Shown piece by piece: positions 17,681 through 27,098 of a stretch of 64,000 nucleotides of DNA. Location of the stretch: NCBI GenBank assembly GCA_943372295.1, contig CALRYC010000005.1, positions 64,310-128,309 of the forward strand, given 5' to 3'. The DNA is from Chitinophaga pinensis. Lineage in GTDB: Bacteria; Bacteroidota; Ignavibacteria; Kapaibacteriales; Kapaibacteriaceae. A program made the position numbers and the translations under genes. The stretch's first letter is position 1; every line of letters begins with the position of its first letter. The notes under the pieces were generated by a model, which made no database searches, had not been told where the DNA came from, and saw only the letters and a program-made list of their open reading frames with translations.

Positions 17681-18833
17681 ATGCCCCTCTTCTGAGCCAC
17701 TTCCGCCGCATGACCAGGCCGAGCGGACGCTCGTAGAGTCTATGAAGGAGCAATGCGGCAAGATTCATTACGAGATAACTTATGAGAGCCGCCAGCAGGA
17801 AGTGCAATCCTGAGGCCTCCAATCCGCCCTGAAGGGCCATGCTGATCTTTGGGAAGGGGCCCACCGGCATGAACTGGATCAGGTAGAGTGCAAAGGAACA
17901 CTCCCCAAGCACCACGGCCACGCGCGTTGAGAACAGACGAGAACACCAGCCCCCTGCATGCAGTCCGGCGATGACAACTGCTGCTGAGCCGGCCAGTCCG
18001 TTAATGGCGATCGATCCGAGCTTAAAATTGCCAACACCGGTTGGGCCGCCATGAGATTGAATGAACGCGGCACAGCAAAAGAAGAGCATTACCCCTGTAG
18101 CAACAAGCACGTCTCCACGACCCTTTACGCGATGTCCATAGACGTTCATCACCGCTGCGGCAAGCATCCCTGCAACGAAGTCAGAGAGACGTCCAAAGAT
18201 TGTACCCGAGAGCACATCTCTGTCCCACACATCAAACAGCAGGTGCACAAAGTCCTGATGATACGTTGCCAGCCCCCTACCAAGGGCACAGGACACCACC
18301 CAAAGCAGCAGTGCAACGAGCAGCACTTTCCCAATGAGCCGAGCAGATGACCCAGCACCTAGACGCCGCACGAGATCATCCATGAAACGCTTCAGGTAAT
18401 AGATCAACACCGGAGCGATGATGTAATAACTTTCTTCAAGCGTCAGTGTCCACATCGGGGCGTTGAGCGATAGTCGATACCGCGGATGCCATCCATGCAG
18501 CAGTGTAAGATGCAACCCGAAATCAAGCATCGTCACCCTGTCCCAGATCGAGATCGCCGAAACAATCACGACCAGTGAGGTGATCGGGTAGATTCGGATG
18601 AGACGTCGTTTGACGTATTCCCACCACGAAAACGTTCCTGAGATCAGCGACTCAGCATAGAGGTGCTGGAACAGATAACCAGATAGGGCGAAGAAGATAT
18701 TGACGCCGGCCCATCCATACTGCAGAAGGCCGGGGACAACATCATGGTGCGCAGTGATGGCATGTCCGATGAACACGATCGCTGCGGCAAACGCTCGCAG
18801 GCCGGTCAGCGCAGGAATGGTAACGGACGACAC
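17679..18833 (-). CDS. Acyltransferase family 3 (OafA/YrhL-like) integral membrane O-acyltransferase
   Basis: 384 aa, polytopic. N-terminal PALTGLRAFAAAIVFIGH...GVNIFFALSGYLF is typical of Acyl_transf_3. 9 nt downstream of the photolyase gene. Confidence 0.85.
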   Translation of the reverse strand: MSSVTIPALTGLRAFAAAIVFIGHAITAHHDVVPGLLQYGWAGVNIFFALSGYLFQHLYAESLISGTFSWWEYVKRRLIRIYPITSLVVIVSAISIWDRVTMLDFGLHLTLLHGWHPRYRLSLNAPMWTLTLEESYYIIAPVLIYYLKRFMDDLVRRLGAGSSARLIGKVLLVALLLWVVSCALGRGLATYHQDFVHLLFDVWDRDVLSGTIFGRLSDFVAGMLAAAVMNVYGHRVKGRGDVLVATGVMLFFCCAAFIQSHGGPTGVGNFKLGSIAINGLAGSAAVVIAGLHAGGWCSRLFSTRVAVVLGECSFALYLIQFMPVGPFPKISMALQGGLEASGLHFLLAALISYLVMNLAALLLHRLYERPLGLVMRRKWLRRGA

Positions 18834-18842
18834 GCAGGCAAG

Positions 18843-20309
18843 TTACGCCGTGCGATCCAACTGTCGGTACACGAGGCCAAGTCTTGGATTGCTGCGCAGC
18901 ACGTCCTGGTTGCGCCTGAAGAACTCCCAGTACATCGCGTTGAAGGGACATGCCCCCTGACCAGACTTCTTCTTGGCATCAAAGGCGCAGCCCTTGCACG
19001 AATCGCTCATGCGGTTGATATACGCTGCACTGGAGACATACGGCTTCGTAGCCAGGAACCCACCATCAGCATATTGACTCATGCCGAGCGTGTTTGGCAG
19101 TTCCACCCACTCGAACGCGTCGATGTAAACGCCCAGATACCACTCGTGCACAGCCTTGGGATCAAGTCCAGCCAGAAGTGCATAGTTCCCGATGATCATC
19201 AGCCGCTGGATGTGATGCGCATACGCCATGTCCAGCGATTGCCCCACCGCCAGCGAGAGACAGCGCATGTCGGTCTTCCCGGTCCAGAACCACTCAGGAA
19301 GGGGCTTGGCGTGGCCAAAGAAGTTCTGCTCTATGTATTCGGGCATTCGCGCCCAGTACACGCCACGCACGTATTCGCGCCAACCGAGGATCTGACGGAT
19401 GAAGCCCTCGACGTGGTTGATGTCAATCCCACCGCGGTGATACGCCCCTTCGGCACGACGGATCACCTCCATCGGAGAGAGCATCTTGACGTTGAGCGCA
19501 AAGGACAGCAGTGAGTGAAAGAGTCGGCGTGCATCATGATGCATCGCATCCTGAAATGTGCCGAAATGCCGAAGCCCGCAAGCAAGGAAATCATCGAGTT
19601 GCTGCAAAGCATCCTTTCGATCAATGGGCCAGCGGAAGTCATCAGCATGGGGCTCGCCCATGGTCTGCACTCCAGCGGCGAGGATCTCCTCCCAGAGGCT
19701 GGTGTGATCACGGTGCGGCCGTCGGTCCTCAGGTTCGGCAGGAGCCCCCTTCCATGCGCCACGATTTTCATCGTCGTAGTTCCACTCTCCACCAAGGGGC
19801 TCACCGTCCGGTGTCAGAAGAATACCATGCTTACGCCGCATCATGCGGTAAAAGCGCTCCATCAGCCAGCGTTTATTCGATGCAAAGAAGACGCTGACCT
19901 CATCTCGTGCGGTAAGGAAGTGCTCACCGGACACACATCGGCATTCGACGCCAAGCACCTCGGAGGCCGAGCTCAGGATCTGGTCAACACGATATTCATC
20001 CGGCTCTTGACAGGCAAAAGATGTTGCCGCGTACTGTGCCAACACGCGCTGGACGTTACCGAGCAGATCCTGCCTGTTCATTGGATCAGAGATCGAAACG
20101 TATTCAACCGTGTGCCCACTGCTGCGCAGCCGATCGGCAAACCGCCGCATCGCTGCAAAGATCGCAATGACCTTCTGCGCGTGATGGCGGACGTAGTCTG
20201 TCTCCGACCTTACTTCCATCATCACGTACACGACCGTAGGGTCGACCCGCGCGAACCACGAGTGATTTTCGTTGAGCTGATCTCCGAGAATCAGACGCAC
20301 TTCTTTCAT
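18843..20309 (-). CDS. phrB: FeS-cluster bacterial cryptochrome/photolyase (FeS-BCP, PhrB/CryB-type (6-4) photolyase)
   Basis: 488 aa. Four Cys (RC...SCKGC...ACPF) spaced 88/3/13 residues apart by manual count, the same spacing as the [4Fe-4S] ligands recalled for A. tumefaciens PhrB (C350/C438/C441/C454). COG3046-like N-terminus [13 protein letters not shown]. Confidence 0.85.
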   Translation of the reverse strand: MKEVRLILGDQLNENHSWFARVDPTVVYVMMEVRSETDYVRHHAQKVIAIFAAMRRFADRLRSSGHTVEYVSISDPMNRQDLLGNVQRVLAQYAATSFACQEPDEYRVDQILSSASEVLGVECRCVSGEHFLTARDEVSVFFASNKRWLMERFYRMMRRKHGILLTPDGEPLGGEWNYDDENRGAWKGAPAEPEDRRPHRDHTSLWEEILAAGVQTMGEPHADDFRWPIDRKDALQQLDDFLACGLRHFGTFQDAMHHDARRLFHSLLSFALNVKMLSPMEVIRRAEGAYHRGGIDINHVEGFIRQILGWREYVRGVYWARMPEYIEQNFFGHAKPLPEWFWTGKTDMRCLSLAVGQSLDMAYAHHIQRLMIIGNYALLAGLDPKAVHEWYLGVYIDAFEWVELPNTLGMSQYADGGFLATKPYVSSAAYINRMSDSCKGCAFDAKKKSGQGACPFNAMYWEFFRRNQDVLRSNPRLGLVYRQLDRTA

Positions 20310-21454
20310 CGCCCATCACCTAGCCAATAAGCTGCGTATCTACCGTGCGGGTCGTAGCTCTGTTGCTGGTGTTCGATGCTGAATCGACGTCCGCCGCGAG
20401 GGTCAGCCCCCTGTCCGGCAATGTAGCGCCAGTTGCCTTCATTGGAAGCCGGATCGTAATCAACAAGATGTGTTGCAAACCACCACTCACCCCATTGCCA
20501 AGGGCATCGCAGCTCATGGATGAGGTAACTGGCCGCGATCTGCCGCATTCGATTGCTCATCCATCCAGTATGGGCAAGCTCCGTCATGGCAGCATCAACG
20601 AAGCGCGATCCGGTGGCCCCCTGACACCAGACACGGAACGGCGCGTTCACATTACGGGGCTCGTGATCCAGAGATTCAGGTCGCTGCGTCATCGATCGGA
20701 ACGCAAAGAAGTCCCGCCAGACAAGTTCGAACCATAACCAGTAGGTGCCGTCGTTGGCACCGTGCCGGCGTTCATACTCGTGGACAGTCTGGGCGATCGT
20801 TCTGGCAGAGATCATCCCGAGTGCAAGCCAAGGTGAGAACTTACTTGAGAAGTCCGTGCCAATGAGTCCGTTGCGCGTGGCCTTGTACGAGTCAATACGT
20901 CGAGTTTCCAAATACCGTTCAAGGTGTGCACGTGCCGCCTGCTCACTCGGTGCAAACTCCGTTCGGTGGAATGGAAACGCACTTCGGTCATCATGCACGG
21001 CCTCTGCGATCCCAAGATCGGATGCCAAGGGCACGTCGGGACACGCCACGCCGGGTGGCAGAGGCGGAAGTCTGTTAGGTTCCGGCACTGAGGCGTTCCA
21101 GGCCGTTGCATGACGTTCAAGATCACGAAGGAATGAGGTGAATACGTCCGGCAGACGCTCGAGTGGCATCGGCAGGTCATCAACGTCGTAAAGCATCTCG
21201 GACCGACCATAGAGTTGCGCCACTTCCGGATCAGGGGGCTGAACACGGAACAACAGATCCGACCCACGTGCACGAAGATCGCGCTGCAGGGAGGTGAGTG
21301 ATCCGAGCAGAAAGGCTGCCCGGTGTGATCCCATCACCACCGAAGGGTCCCAGTCAAAGACCGGCAACAGAAACTCGGAGTGCTCGCAGGCAGACAGCAG
21401 CCGCGGGTTGTCGGATAGACGTTGGGTACGTCCAACGTGAAACTCATGCGCCAT
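20306..21454 (-). CDS. Cry-DASH-type cryptochrome/photolyase with a shortened N-terminal alpha/beta domain
   Basis: 382 aa from ATG 21454 (MAHEF...). FAD-domain motifs [63 protein letters not shown]. Only about 5 residues separate PEVAQL from MLYDVDDLP, where canonical Cry-DASH has about 55. ATGA overlap with phrB. Confidence 0.75.
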   Translation of the reverse strand: MAHEFHVGRTQRLSDNPRLLSACEHSEFLLPVFDWDPSVVMGSHRAAFLLGSLTSLQRDLRARGSDLLFRVQPPDPEVAQLYGRSEMLYDVDDLPMPLERLPDVFTSFLRDLERHATAWNASVPEPNRLPPLPPGVACPDVPLASDLGIAEAVHDDRSAFPFHRTEFAPSEQAARAHLERYLETRRIDSYKATRNGLIGTDFSSKFSPWLALGMISARTIAQTVHEYERRHGANDGTYWLWFELVWRDFFAFRSMTQRPESLDHEPRNVNAPFRVWCQGATGSRFVDAAMTELAHTGWMSNRMRQIAASYLIHELRCPWQWGEWWFATHLVDYDPASNEGNWRYIAGQGADPRGGRRFSIEHQQQSYDPHGRYAAYWLGDGR

Positions 21455-21602
21455 GCGCCGCCCCCTTCTTGCTACGACGGCATGCATCGGAACAGTACTT
21501 GACCTCGTCCCAGACGCGCTCCCACTTCTTGCGCCATGTAAAGGGACGCTGACATTGAACGCAGATCTTGGTCGCGAGCTGATGTTTCTTGATCATTGAC
21601 AT
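21444..21602 (-). CDS. Small zinc-ribbon protein, DUF2256-like (not in the ORF track, 52 aa)
   Basis: Manual translation: [52 protein letters not shown]. CxxC...CxxxC plus the FTWRKKW...V.YCS..CR pattern recalled for DUF2256. Its 3' end overlaps the Cry-DASH start by 11 nt. Confidence 0.7.
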   Translation of the reverse strand: MSMIKKHQLATKICVQCQRPFTWRKKWERVWDEVKYCSDACRRSKKGAAHGA

Positions 21603-21668
21603 GGGTCAATCGCAGGGAAACATCCGTGCCCTAGATTGCGTTCCTCTTGCTTACCCAAACGGTGACAT

Positions 21669-23738
21669 ATGATCTTACGACTGTCCACTTTCGTACTCAT
21701 TCTGACAGCATCTCTGGCGGTCAATGCCCAGGACATGCGCAATGACATGTTCGGTGTGCGCCGCGCCGGCCACGAGCCCCGCCTGAGCAAACGTGCCGAT
21801 GTGACCCAGGTGGAGGATCGGCTGCGTCCTTTCTTTCATGGTGTTGCCAGTGGCGACCCGCTCAGCAACCGCGTGATCATCTGGACGCGAGTCACACCCG
21901 AGAACGGCCAGGAAAGTGTCGATGTTCAGTGGCGCGTGGCCACGGACCCATCCCTGACAAACATCGTCAGGCAGGGGGCTTTCGTTACCCGCGCGGATCG
22001 TGACTATACCGTCAAGGTGGATGTCGATGGCCTTGCGCCTGCCACTGTTTACTACTACGGATTCATCGCCTATGACCGTGCCTCTCTAACAGGGCGCACC
22101 CGCACCCTACCCATCGGTTCCGTGGACCATACCAAGCTTGCCGTGGTCTCGTGCTCCAACTACCCGGCAGGATACTTCACGGCCTATGGTTTCATTGCCG
22201 ATCGCAACGACCTGGATGCAGTTCTGCACCTTGGAGATTACATCTACGAGTATGACGCTGATACCGCATCCTTCGGCGGAACCACAGGTGCCAGGCTCGG
22301 ACGCTTGCATCTGCCAGACGCCGAACTCGTAAAGCTGACGGATTATCGCACACGCTACAGTCAGTATCGGCTTGATCCTGATCTGCGGCGTCTGCACCAG
22401 CAGCATCCTATGATCCACGTCTGGGATGATCATGAATCGGCCAACGACTCGTACACGGATGGTGCTCAAAATCACCAGGTAGACGAAGGTGACTGGAACG
22501 TCCGCAAGGCCGTGTCACGTCAGGCCTGCAACGAATGGATGCCTACGCGCGAATCTTCTGACGGTGCCATCTATCGCCGGTTTGTCATCGGCGATCTTGT
22601 CGATGTATCGATGATCGACACACGTCTTGAGGGTCGTAACAAGCAGATTGAAGAGGTAGGGCCTTCTGCCTCGCAAGCCGCCAAGGATGCCATCAACGAT
22701 CCGAACCGGAAGATCATGTCGGCGACGCAGTTTGGCTGGCTCACGGGAAATCTCACTTCGAGTCAGGCCCGCTGGAAACTCGTTGGCAACCAGGTGATCT
22801 ATTCGCCGGTAAACGTCACGCCGATTGACACCAACTACCTGTTCGCCTCCATCGGCCCCCTGTTCACCGCGATCCTGCGGCCACAGCTTCCGTCGCTGCA
22901 GACCGTTTTTGAACAGGCGTTCTATGGTGATGTCTGGAGCAACTATCCCGCCCAGCGCCGTGAGCTCAGCACGCTGATGCGCAGCAGTTCTGTCGAGAAT
23001 GTTGTGATCGTCACGGGCGACTTCCACTCAACCTTCGCTATGGAAGTCCCGATCGAAAATGGCGAGAAGATCAAGCCCGTTGCCGTCGAGTTCATTACGC
23101 CGAGCGTTACCTCGTCGAACTTTGATGAAAACTTCTCTGCCGTTGCAGGACTGAGCGTTATTCAACCGCAGCTTCTGAAGACCGTCGATACCACGCTGAC
23201 GCAGCGAAACGGACACATGAAGTGGAACAACATCACTGATCATGGCTACATGATCGTATCGTTCTTTCCTGACTCCGTCCAATCCGACTGGTACTTTATC
23301 AAGAGTCTCACAGAGCGCCCCACGGCACAGCGTCGGGAAAGGGGTTACCGTAGCCTCTCCGGTACACACCAGCTTCAACGGTCAGGGTCGGCAGCGCCCG
23401 GCAAGAGCGTGCAGGATGTGCCGGCACCGAATGATCCGCCGATCATAACATCTGTTGGTGAGACTGCCCACAGTCCTTCTTCCGTTACGATCCTCAGCTG
23501 TGGCCCTAATCCCACACGCGATGCATATGCCCTGTCATATGTGGTCTCACAGCCAGCCCTTGTCACCATTCGCATCCGTGATCTGCGCGGCTCGGTGGTA
23601 TGGAGCAGCAGTTCGGCCACCGAGCATGGTCTGCACAGCATCGTCATCGGACTCGCAGACCTACCATCGGGAAGCTATCGTCTGGAGGTTTCCGACGGGA
23701 ACAGCACTGCCGGCGCGGGCTTTATCCGCCAGAAGTAA
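21669..23738 (+). CDS. phoD: PhoD-family alkaline phosphatase/phosphodiesterase with T9SS C-terminal sorting domain
   Basis: 689 aa. Signal peptide MILRLSTFVLILTASLAVNAQ. FHGVASGDPLSNRVIIWTRV and LHLGDYIYEY (PhoD/metallophosphatase motifs). C-terminus CGPNPTRDAYALSYVV...GSYRLEVSDGNSTAGAGFIRQK is CTD-like. Confidence 0.85.
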   Translation: MILRLSTFVLILTASLAVNAQDMRNDMFGVRRAGHEPRLSKRADVTQVEDRLRPFFHGVASGDPLSNRVIIWTRVTPENGQESVDVQWRVATDPSLTNIVRQGAFVTRADRDYTVKVDVDGLAPATVYYYGFIAYDRASLTGRTRTLPIGSVDHTKLAVVSCSNYPAGYFTAYGFIADRNDLDAVLHLGDYIYEYDADTASFGGTTGARLGRLHLPDAELVKLTDYRTRYSQYRLDPDLRRLHQQHPMIHVWDDHESANDSYTDGAQNHQVDEGDWNVRKAVSRQACNEWMPTRESSDGAIYRRFVIGDLVDVSMIDTRLEGRNKQIEEVGPSASQAAKDAINDPNRKIMSATQFGWLTGNLTSSQARWKLVGNQVIYSPVNVTPIDTNYLFASIGPLFTAILRPQLPSLQTVFEQAFYGDVWSNYPAQRRELSTLMRSSSVENVVIVTGDFHSTFAMEVPIENGEKIKPVAVEFITPSVTSSNFDENFSAVAGLSVIQPQLLKTVDTTLTQRNGHMKWNNITDHGYMIVSFFPDSVQSDWYFIKSLTERPTAQRRERGYRSLSGTHQLQRSGSAAPGKSVQDVPAPNDPPIITSVGETAHSPSSVTILSCGPNPTRDAYALSYVVSQPALVTIRIRDLRGSVVWSSSSATEHGLHSIVIGLADLPSGSYRLEVSDGNSTAGAGFIRQK

Positions 23739-23784
23739 AGGGGCTTTCCATCGCTCGGACGTAACGAGTCCGTAACTTCTTTTC

Positions 23785-25041
23785 ATGAAGTTTACGCTGA
23801 CAAAACAGATCCTCGTTGGCGTAGCACTTGGCATTGCCATCGGCTACGTCGCTCCTGACTTTGGCACCGGCATCGGCTGGCTGCGTGATGTCTTCCTCCA
23901 TCTGATCAAGGTCATCATCGCCCCTTTGGTGTTTGCTACCGTTGTGATCGGGATTGCGGGCGGCGGCCACAGCGGTGGAGTCGGACGTCTCGGAGCCAAG
24001 TCGCTCTTCTATTTCGAGGTCGTTACGACGCTTGCCCTCTTTATTGGGCTGGCGGTGGTCAATCTCACGCAGCCCGGAGCTGGCATAACACTGGTTGGCG
24101 ACCCCGGTACGTTGGGGAGCGTGGCAACCAACCACCCTAAGACGCTCATCGAGACGATCGTCCACATCTTCCCGACCAGCATCATCGAGTCCATGGCAAA
24201 GGGCGACGTCCTACAGATCGTGACTTTCTCCGTGATCTTTGCTCTGGCACTGCGTCGCATCGGAGATCATGCGCAGCCGATCATTGCCTGGTGCGAATCC
24301 TTAGCGCAGACGATGTTCGCATTCACCAACATCATCATGCGATTTGCTCCAATTGGCATCGGTGCAGCCATGGCAGCAACGATCGGACACCAGGGGCTGG
24401 GTATTCTGGGGTCACTGGGTATGCTGATCGGCTCTCTCTATGCGGCGCTGATCATCTTCGTCGTTTTGGTCCTGGGTAGCGTCATCATGATCGCCCGTGT
24501 GCCCCTTATCCCCTTCCTGAAGGCTGTTCGCGAACCGTTTACGCTGGCGTTTGTCACTACATCCAGCGAGAGCGCATTGCCGATGGCCATGGAGCGCATG
24601 GAGCAGTTTGGAGTGCCGAAGCACATCGTCGGGTTTGTGATGCCGGCCGGATACACATTCAATCTTGACGGAACGACGCTGTACCTATCGATGGCCAGCG
24701 TCTTTGTCATGCAGGCCGTTGCCTCGACAGTACCGGGATTTACCTTCGGTCTCAGCCAGCAGATTACGATGATGTTGGCATTGATGATCACCTCGAAAGG
24801 CGTTGCAGCTGTGCCACGGGCATCACTGGTCATTCTACTGGCAACACTGTCGACGTTTCTTCCGGACAACCTCAAGCACTACGGCCCGATCGCCGTTGCG
24901 ATGATCTTCGGCGTGGATGAGTTCATGGACATGGCCCGGACGAGCGTCAATCTTCTCGGCAACTGCCTGGCAACCGTCGTCATTGCACGCTGGGAAGGGG
25001 CTTTTGATGACGCAAAAGCTCGTGTGTACGGTGCCGAGTAA
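23785..25041 (+). CDS. Dicarboxylate/amino acid:cation symporter (DAACS family, GltP/DctA-like)
   Basis: 418 aa, polytopic. TTSSESALPMAMERM and GYTFNLDGTTLY motifs are typical of the sodium:dicarboxylate symporter family. Confidence 0.9.
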   Translation: MKFTLTKQILVGVALGIAIGYVAPDFGTGIGWLRDVFLHLIKVIIAPLVFATVVIGIAGGGHSGGVGRLGAKSLFYFEVVTTLALFIGLAVVNLTQPGAGITLVGDPGTLGSVATNHPKTLIETIVHIFPTSIIESMAKGDVLQIVTFSVIFALALRRIGDHAQPIIAWCESLAQTMFAFTNIIMRFAPIGIGAAMAATIGHQGLGILGSLGMLIGSLYAALIIFVVLVLGSVIMIARVPLIPFLKAVREPFTLAFVTTSSESALPMAMERMEQFGVPKHIVGFVMPAGYTFNLDGTTLYLSMASVFVMQAVASTVPGFTFGLSQQITMMLALMITSKGVAAVPRASLVILLATLSTFLPDNLKHYGPIAVAMIFGVDEFMDMARTSVNLLGNCLATVVIARWEGAFDDAKARVYGAE

Positions 25042-25068
25042 CGCTGATCGCCGAAGAGCACCGTTTGA

Positions 25069-27087
25069 TCAGTGCAGGACGCTGAAGCTGGCGGTCAGCG
25101 AGCCCCCTATCACGAAGTAGGTTCCCGGCGGCCACGAGGAGACATCAATCGACGTCGAGAGCGTTGAGTCGACGTCAGCCGAGGCTACAATCGCACCAAG
25201 GAGATTGACGACCACAAGCCGAGCCGGCCGTGGCGATGTTAGCCGCACGACATCGCGTGCCGGAACTGGACGAACAGTGACCTTACCTTCGGCCGACAAT
25301 TCCGGTTGAACATCGGTGATCTCGTCAGGGAATCGCACGTGATAACGCGTCCATGTCTCGGAGCACCACTGCGCAAGGACCTCGTTCTCTGCTCCACCGA
25401 GTGGACGGATGATCAGAGCATCACCCTCCATGTATTCCGCGGTGGTGATGATCTCCCCACCACCGTTCGGGTTGAATATCGACTGACATACCGCATCGTG
25501 TGTAGAGATGAATCGGTTACCACTGCTGACCGGCGAACAAAGGTCTCGCGTCCTGGCCTGCGCGGACGCACCTGATGCTCCTCCACTGGCCCAGTGATCC
25601 TTCTTTTCGTACCGACCGAGCATGATCTGGAAGGTCTCCCAGCATCGGCAGACGGGTGATGAGAATGCTTCGCCCTGTGGCACTCCCAGCATCCGCTGGG
25701 CCTTGCCGATCTCGTCACACTGCTCACGTCCTTCAGCAATGAGATTGCGTCCAGGGAAGCATTCCGGCGCCGGCCCCTTGTCCTTCTGATCCCAGTCCGT
25801 CTTACCATGTCGGTACATGAAGACCAGTCCGCCCTTGCGCATCTCGGCCATTGCTTCGCGAAAGCCCAAACGCCCTTCCTCACGTTGCGCTTCATAGGCA
25901 CCGACGTCAAGTTTCCGACCCACAAGTCGAGGATTGCCCAAGATGTCGTGCTGACGGTGATTGACGTACGTATCAAGGTAGCCTCCATCTCGTCCGATGG
26001 ATCCGGGCAGGAGAACCAGTCCATCATCATCTGTGCCATGGATGTCATCGGCACCATCGACATCGTCTACGCTCGCAAAGTCCGGAGCAAACTGCCAGAA
26101 GCCATAGACAAAGTCGCGCTCAATCACGTTTGCACGTCCCACCAGCTTCGAGGTGTCTCCCTGCGGCACAAGCTGGAGTACGTGCGATGTGGTGTCCTCA
26201 TCCTCATTCCACATCAGACAGTTCTGGATGACACCGGCACTTATCGCGACAGACTTTCCACCGAGGACCGACGAGCCCGACAGGGTATTGCCAGAGAAGG
26301 TACTGTTGTTGAGATACACATCCGACGACTCCGAACCGATCGCTCCTGCGGCGTCCTCTGCGCTGTTACCGGCGAACACCGATGAGGTGATCTGGGTGGT
26401 GCCGGGACAATCAGCTATGTAGAGTCCGCCACCCCGTTGTGCGATGCAGCTCACGAAGAAGCACTGCCCGATGAAAGGCCCCCACTGGCGGTTCCATGCC
26501 GCACTTGTGATGTCAGAATTCAGAAACACCGCACCACCGAATCGGTCAGCCTTGCAATCCTCAAACACACAATACTCGATCTGAATGCGCCCGCCCCCTG
26601 TCATGCGAATGGCCGCGCCGTCGGTAGTCGTTGAACAGGATCGAAAGTGGTTGTTGAAGATGCGAGGAGCTCCACCGTTAACAAGCACGGCCGTTGATCG
26701 AGTACCCTGCAGAACAAATCCATCGATCCTCGTGATCGAATCGCATGCCGTGAGCATGAAGATGCTCGCCCCCATAGATGAGTTCAGCACGGTGCGCTGG
26801 CGGTACCAGTCGCGCTGTTCACGTTGGGTCTCGTTGCCCTTAAAGCCTCCGTAAATGCGCATACCATTGGATACTGGGTATCCGGCCTGCGGGATTTGAT
26901 ACTGTCCGGCAGCGCACCAGATCTCATCGCCCAGCTGCCACTTGGCAAGAGCATCCCCGATTGATGAGAATGCCGTGGACCACGACTGACCATTGCCACC
27001 CACGGAGGCACTCGGTGCCACATAGAGTGTGTCGGCCACACAGGTTGCAGAAACGATGAACAAGGCAGCAATCAGGGGGCGAAGCAT
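25069..27087 (-). CDS. Secreted fusion protein: parallel beta-helix domain + histidine phosphatase (PGAM/SixA-like) domain + T9SS C-terminal sorting domain
   Basis: 672 aa from ATG 27087 (MLRPLIAALFIVSATCVADT). The beta-helix part ends with DVGAYE. Then LVFMYRHGKTDW...SSPVCRCWETF...ISTHD (RHG and downstream His motifs of the histidine phosphatase superfamily). C-terminus VRPVPARDVVRL...GTYFVIGGSLTASFSVLH is CTD-like. Confidence 0.7.
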   Translation of the reverse strand: MLRPLIAALFIVSATCVADTLYVAPSASVGGNGQSWSTAFSSIGDALAKWQLGDEIWCAAGQYQIPQAGYPVSNGMRIYGGFKGNETQREQRDWYRQRTVLNSSMGASIFMLTACDSITRIDGFVLQGTRSTAVLVNGGAPRIFNNHFRSCSTTTDGAAIRMTGGGRIQIEYCVFEDCKADRFGGAVFLNSDITSAAWNRQWGPFIGQCFFVSCIAQRGGGLYIADCPGTTQITSSVFAGNSAEDAAGAIGSESSDVYLNNSTFSGNTLSGSSVLGGKSVAISAGVIQNCLMWNEDEDTTSHVLQLVPQGDTSKLVGRANVIERDFVYGFWQFAPDFASVDDVDGADDIHGTDDDGLVLLPGSIGRDGGYLDTYVNHRQHDILGNPRLVGRKLDVGAYEAQREEGRLGFREAMAEMRKGGLVFMYRHGKTDWDQKDKGPAPECFPGRNLIAEGREQCDEIGKAQRMLGVPQGEAFSSPVCRCWETFQIMLGRYEKKDHWASGGASGASAQARTRDLCSPVSSGNRFISTHDAVCQSIFNPNGGGEIITTAEYMEGDALIIRPLGGAENEVLAQWCSETWTRYHVRFPDEITDVQPELSAEGKVTVRPVPARDVVRLTSPRPARLVVVNLLGAIVASADVDSTLSTSIDVSSWPPGTYFVIGGSLTASFSVLH

Positions 27088-27098
27088 CACAGGAACCC

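Noticed and set aside
20306-21487. Cry-DASH gene as a pseudogene
   Set aside because: The reading frame is uninterrupted, the FAD-domain motifs are intact, and both gene junctions are translationally coupled. It is treated as a short variant, not a pseudogene.
23739-23784. Terminator after phoD (CGGAC-gtaacga-GTCCG followed by TAACTTCTTTTC)
   Set aside because: The stem is only 5 bp and it lies directly in front of the next gene's ATG. Too weak to call.
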